From the NCBI GenBank assembly GCA_012295275.1, contig CM022671.1, positions 4,650,001-4,714,000 on the forward strand: a stretch of DNA of 64,000 nt, written 5' to 3'. Of the stretch, positions 57,100 to 64,000 are shown piece by piece (position 1 is the stretch's first letter; each line of letters opens with the position of its first letter). The DNA is from Chrysomallon squamiferum. Its lineage: Eukaryota; Animalia; Mollusca. A model generated the notes under the pieces. It saw only the letters and a list, made by a program, of their open reading frames with translations, was not told the origin of the DNA and did no database searches. The translations under genes were made by a program, and so were the position numbers.

Positions 57100-57105
57100 A
57101 ATAAA
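57100..57105 (+). promoter_or_regulatory. Candidate polyadenylation signal AATAAA
   Basis: About 390 nt after the stop and followed by T/GT-rich sequence. Other AATAAA hexamers occur further downstream. Confidence 0.3.
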
Positions 57106-57141
57106 TTGTGTTCATCATTTGCTACTTTTTAGCGCAGTAGG

Positions 57142-57173
<32 letters not shown>

Positions 57174-57221
57174 CATTATTGTTATTATTATTATTTTTTT
57201 TTTTTTTTTGAGTCTTATCGT

Positions 57222-57253
<32 letters not shown>

Positions 57254-58254
57254 TTGATAAAATACGATACAAAATCAAATTTAGTTGACCAACTCAGTCT
57301 TAAGAGACGTCAGAAAAGACTGACGTAAATTTTCAAGGGCATGCAAAGCAGAAAACATTTTCTCTAAAAAAAAAATAAAAAATTCTCGCAGTTGTGTTTT
57401 CATAAAATGAAATATAATTTGGATTCAGCTTTCTACATACTATGAATACCTTTTTAAAATTATGTAACGTACACGTCACTGCTGTATTTGTGGTTGTGAA
57501 TCCATCGTTCGTTTCTAAACTTTATATTTTTCATAAATATTTCGTGTTATAGTAAAGTGTATTTCTGATAGCAATATTTACGATTTTTGCAATATCAAGA
57601 AAATTTGTGAATTACTATAAGAATGATTTGTTCAGTGTGAAAAGGTATACTGTATGACAAATATATTTAGACATATACGTGCATACATACATACATACAC
57701 ATATGCGCGTGCACACATACATAATATATACATCCATCCATACATACATACACATATACATTCGTACGTACATACATACAAACAAAAACACACACTCATA
57801 CACACACACACATTATATACATACATATATCTATTCATACATAGATTATAGATATATACATACACAAACATAAGCACACGCACATACACACAATCATATG
57901 TACACCCGTCCATCAATTCATTAATGCATATTTCAGTAAACATATGCGCACGTGCACACATTTCTGCATGAACTGAAAAGTCATCATGATGGGTCTATCG
58001 GTTGTGAAAACAAAAATATTTGTATATTTATAAATTTTTGAAAGTTTTTTTTTTATTTATTTAGTAAAGTTATATATATATATATTTTTAAAATAATATT
58101 TGACACCCTTATATACATGTTATTTAATCTATTAATTTTAATAAGACATTTTTATAAAGATTTTAAAAACGCGTGTGGATGTGTGAATACGAAAAATGAA
58201 ATGACTGGAAAGAGAATTAATGAAAAAGAATGTAATCAATAAAATACGTTTGTA

Positions 58255-58532
58255 TGACGTCAGAATTGGTTATACGTACTACGGGAATGTATGTGTATGA
58301 CGTCATAATGTTATCGCTGATATAGGACAATGAGTATGTGACGTCAGAATATTTTAAGAGCACTATGTGACATATACAATATGACGTCACAATATCGGTA
58401 CTACTTGACTACTGTATGATGTCATAACAGTTCGGAGTAATGTCAGCACATAGCATAAACAGTTTATGAATCTAACATTAATATTAGACTGACTTTACTA
58501 AAGAAATATGAAATTAATTTTACATGACGTCA
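58255..58532. promoter_or_regulatory. Cluster of TGACGTCA (CRE-type) palindromes
   Basis: Perfect copies at 58255, 58298, 58339, 58382 and 58525; one-mismatch TGATGTCA at 58417. Confidence 0.5.
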
Positions 58533-60699
58533 TCATTTGGTGACCTAAAGTATGTCATATCAGTAACTTGTGAGCTTTGAAAATGTGAACAACATTTTAT
58601 GTGAATATGCTATATGAATATTGTATGATTTTTCGGACTAGAATTTTTTATTAGCTCAGTTTAACATCATGGATTTTACGTAGAAATTAATGCACACTTT
58701 CTGTTTGGTTAAAAGGTTTATAGGCACCAGACCATTTGAAATAGAAAACAAAGCAAAGAACACGCTAGGAAGAATTGAAACTGCCACCAATCACGTCTTA
58801 CATTAGCTTTTAACCATAAATACAAATAAATAAATAACAGTCATACATATATACATATATACGTACATACTCAGATACATAGATACATGCATACATACAT
58901 ACATACATACATATATACATATATAAAACATACGTACATACAAACATACATGCATATATGTATACATACATACAGACAGACAGACAGACATACAAATATA
59001 CTTGTGTATATATCAATTTTAATTTATTATTGCTAGTTATTTTTTTATTATTATTTTTTTTTTTTTTTTTTTTTTTTATTTATAAAATAAGAACTATAAT
59101 TATATTTAAATAATTAATGGCGGTCATCATTAAAATGAATCCTCAAAAATTCACATTCAGATTTGACTTTATCTTCTAACAAAACTTTTCAATCTTGTTG
59201 AATCCAAGAGATTATCATCAGTAAATTTCAGTCTACGATTATATCTCACAGTCATTAAAATTAATTGATAGAGAATTCAAAAAATAATTCTGTGGTTTGA
59301 GACCTTCTGACAATATCCGGTGTACAGGGAAAAAGTTTCTTCCTAGATTTTCGATTAATTAATTATCTTTATTTGTCATTATTATTTATGAATACGTCAA
59401 TCAAATTTTTTTTATATATATACTGGCAATCAAAATTTAGTCATAAGTTATTCAAAGGTATTTTGTTGTTGTTGTTTCTCTTTTGCTCTCAAGAAAATGG
59501 CATTAATAAAGAATTATAATAATTAACATAAATGTTCGAGATGGCTTAAAAAACTAAAATCTGAAATTTCCACAGCTGAATGTATAAATACTCATATTCA
59601 TAATTAACGAAGTCAAACTCTTTTAAAATAAAATTAATGTTTTATAGTCCTATCGATTTATACGATAAAGTTCAAATGAAATCTTTAGAAATCATGCTTT
59701 AATTTGGTTACAAAAACAAATATGAAGAAGAAAAAAGTATAATTTGATTGGAGAAAAAATTAAGATGTATTAAAGTATTAAATTTTTAAAATGTAAGTGG
59801 TAAATATGGTAAATATAGGCATGGAGATTATATTGTATTGTATAAAGTTACGGCTGGAACGGGAAATAATATAATTAATTAGAGCTATCCTGGAAAAAAT
59901 ATATGTAACGTAAAAAAAAAAAAAAAAAAAAATTAAAAAAATTGAAATTGTTCATGGGACGACAGTATAATCTATAATATGAAGTCATGGTTGGATTGTG
60001 AAAAAAAATTAAAATGTACCAGATTGTTCTGTATGTATATAGAATTACTTACACTAAATCAGTTATTATTATTCCAAAGAAACTTCTTCTCAAAGAGATG
60101 AAACAAAATTTTAAAAAGTTTTCCATAATGATCTCAACATTTCAAATTAACATTGTTGTCGTTCTAGTAACTAGACTGTTTAGAACAGCTCGTAAAAAAA
60201 AAATCACATTAAAAAAAAAAAATATGTTGTTTTTGTTTTGTCTTATGCATGTATATACTAGTGATACAGGTATTGAGTTTTTGTAGATTGTGTAGAATAG
60301 AGAAATACAGGTATGTAGCTATGCAGATGTATATGTATACAAGCATAAGGGTATAAAATGTGTTCAAGAATAATAAATTTTGTTTATGTATACAGTCATA
60401 CACGTTTATATGTTTAATCAGCATACACGTTTGTATGTTTTGAGGCATATAAAACTGTTTTTATGCATGTTTGATGTAGACAGATGTCCAGATATGCATT
60501 TGTAATGGTGTAGTATATATTCTGTATAAGTAAACAGGTAAAACGTACAAAGTAAGTAGGTGTATTGCATATAACGGTAGAAGGTTACAAGTATTTGACA
60601 AGCAGTTGTATAGAGATAGATATAAAGATATAATAAATTTATTTCAAAACTATAAACAGGTTTAACGTTATACACACATATCTATTACATACAGAGGTA

Positions 60700-60717
60700 T
60701 TAGGGTTAGGGTTAGGG
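60700..60717 (+). repeat. Interstitial (TTAGGG)3
   Basis: Three perfect telomere-type hexamers. Confidence 0.7.
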
Positions 60718-61135
60718 TTTTATGATATTCGGGGATAGAGGAATATTATTATGGATCATAATACCATGTATAGGAATAAACATAGGCGTATAGATGGAAA
60801 AATACGGAACGTAATATCGTATTTATCAAGGTATTCAAAAGCACAAGCTTTTACTATTACTAACTACTACTACTGTTGGTACTTCTTTTACTACTATTAA
60901 TACTACTACTACTGTCATTATTATTATAACTACCACGGCAACTACTATTATTATTATTTATTATTATTATCATTATTCTTACTACAATTACTGCTATTAT
61001 TATTACTACTATACTACAATTAATATTATTTTTATTACTACTACTACTACCATTATTACCACTAGTACTACTAGTACTATTATTATTACTATTATTACTA
61101 CTACTACAACAACAACAACAACTACTACTACTACA

Positions 61136-61181
<46 letters not shown>

Positions 61182-61539
61182 GCATTTTGTGAACATCAAC
61201 AATAACCTAGCTTGTAATTTGAGTTGTGTTTATGACGTCAGCATTATCGGTATGTTTTATTTTGTACAGATCATTTGTTACAGTAGAATTACCTTCGTTC
61301 TTAACAGTGCAATATCAACTTTCCTCTATTGTTTGAATAAATGCTATTTATTTTTTAAACACTTCGTTGTCATCTCTTTAATTGCATGCGGCTTTAAGTG
61401 GATCAATAAGCATGCATTGCTGAAGATAATTAATTTATATTATTGATGTTATATCTCTCGCGAACACTGTTTTAAAAAAAAAGGAATGAAATAACAACAA
61501 CAACAACACGAAAACTGAATAAACAAAAGTGCACGTGAA

Positions 61540-61630
<91 letters not shown>

Positions 61631-61981
61631 GAGTGACTTACAGAATGAATTAATGGAATGGATGCTGGTTTTATGACAGACACGGTACAGTAACGTGTAT
61701 ACAAATTACAGGTTATCAGGTGATTTGAGGTGTAGGTTTTTACGATGGTTTCAAAGAGAGAAAAGAAGCGGCAGATATTTCAAGAGGTTTTTTTTTTATT
61801 GATTATATGATGAAGAGAACATTTTACAAATCAGTGCTGGGATGCTAGGTACAAAGATGTTTGCACTTTGTGGAGAGAGACAGACAGTCACACACACATA
61901 TACACAGAGACATAGCGAGACGGTTGCAGAGACAGAGATAGATAAAGAGATAGGCAGCCATACAGGTAGATAAAGAAACGT

Positions 61982-62088
<107 letters not shown>

Positions 62089-64000
62089 AAGACAGATCGA
62101 TATTATACTTTATTTAATGCGGTATCGGATCAAAATTCATTTGCTAACCTTTTAATCTGTTTCATGATTTAATATCTGAACTTACAAATGTTAAAACTGA
62201 AAGATGTCTTAGCTGGAAGAAGCGAGTTGAGATAAAAATCTAACGTGCAAAGAAATCAATAAGAAACGGATACATGGCACAAAGCCTGCAATCTTCGAAA
62301 CTGTGTGGTAACAGAAAGACAATTTGGGTTTCCGAAATCTTTGGGAATAATTCCTCGTTGATCTGGAGATACAAGAAGCGTGTGTTTACACAGTCAGTAA
62401 TGAATTAACTTAGTAACAAGATAACGAAACACTCTCGCCGATAACATTCTATTCATTTAAAGTTTAATTTTCTAGGACTTCGCGAACAAACACTGGCTGT
62501 CTTCAAACAGCGCTGCTGGTCATCTCTAAACAAACGTGTTTTCATCTGAACTCCTGGTATCGCTGGCATGTTTCAATATTGACCATGAATGTCCTTATCT
62601 CAGCCAGACAAGGAATTTACATTTTGTGAACAAAAAAAGAAGAAAAAAAAACCTGTTTTAATTCAAGCAGCCAGAGGAAGTAAGAATATTGAAGTATGTC
62701 TCTTTTTTTTTTTTTTTTTTTCTTTTCTTTTTTTAAATTTTTTTGAGGGAATGAAGCGTAGATTGAAGATGATGGTCTTATTGAATGCAGACGATATCCC
62801 GAGAACTGTAGATTGATAAATGATGACGTTGATGCCTAAATGATATCCCATGAACTGTAGATCGAAAAATGATGGTCTTGAGCGACAGGGCGTGTTGCGT
62901 TCTGTCCAGAATAAAGAGGAGACGATCTGGAGAGGGCAGTAATCAATGTTTATTGACCAAGTCCTCCGAACACGAGTTCAGCATCAGATTGTTTGAGTTG
63001 TGTATCTCTGCTCATCACGTCATGTTGACTGACTGTACAGAACAGCGAGTTCCTGGTCTTACTGCACGTAGCCCAACACAGAGTGGAAATTTGATACAGC
63101 TCGCAGGATTGTTGTCTGAAATGAGCACACAAGACTTTGTCGTTAAATTGACGATGTTAGTCAGATGGCGATGTGTCTAGCTGTGTTTGCGTCTCTTAGA
63201 TTCAACGAAAACAAAAAACTTAAAAAGTTAATTAACGAATGGAAGAACGAATGAGTATAAGAGTGAATGAATGCTTGAGATGAACGAATAAAAAAATGCA
63301 TGAATGAATGAAAAAATAACGAAAGAATGAATAAACGAAAGATCAAAAGAAGAAGGAACGAAAGAATGAATGAACGAAAGAACGAATAACGAACGAATTA
63401 ATCAACCTACGAAAGAATAGATAAATGAATTTGTGAATATTATTATTAACTGCAACGCTTATTTTGGTAAAATGAAGGCAAGAAAACCGTTTATAATTTT
63501 ATATCCATTTCATAAATAACTATATCCTTAAGACAATGTCATGAAACATTTTTAAAATAGACTCAGAACCTTTAAAATAATGTATAACCTGACACCGCCC
63601 GAAAATAAAGAATTTCGGATAACATACACTGAACTTGTGTAGCTATCCAAAATAGATACAATTCTGACCAAAAATTCTAGCGCGATAGTTTTAGGTGACT
63701 TTATGTTCCTTTGATAGAAGCTGGTCACATATAATGCGTAATACATCAAAAGATATTTCTATAATTTGATTTGTCGTGTCCCTGGCTTTCGACTGACACC
63801 TGGATGTTTTGATACCTGAGATTAGACAGTTCAGATTATCTGTTACAGCTGTAACTTTCACAGTCCACGTGAAAATAACAGACCATTTATCAACTATAAG
63901 AATGAAGTCAAGGTCAGATTCGGAATATGAATGTCGGGATACTTCTAACAATGTTTTGAATTATTATTACTATTACTATTACTACTACTACTACTACTAC

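Noticed and set aside
63552-63951. Minus-strand ORFs at the window end
   Set aside because: No recognisable domain or clear exon boundaries; cannot be supported without the adjacent sequence.

Overview
AT-rich, microsatellite-dense eukaryotic genomic DNA, probably from an invertebrate animal (taxon cannot be determined from this window). Almost all ORFs in the supplied track are simple-repeat artefacts. One real spliced gene can be reconstructed on the + strand: 11 coding exons from 33431 to 56714 with consistent GT-AG sites and intron phases, 2010 nt including the stop, about 669 aa. It encodes a signal peptide, ONE I-set Ig domain, five FN3 domains clearly of the L1CAM/neuroglian type, and a C-terminal GPI-anchor-type signal. 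It therefore looks like a miniaturised neuroglian paralogue lacking the N-terminal Ig horseshoe, the transmembrane helix and the FIGQY ankyrin-binding tail. The rest of the window holds minisatellites (20, 21, 28, ~45 and ~82 bp units), two candidate non-autonomous DNA transposons, tRNA-like remnants, dispersed and inverted repeats, and a regularly spaced TGACGTCA cluster downstream of the gene.
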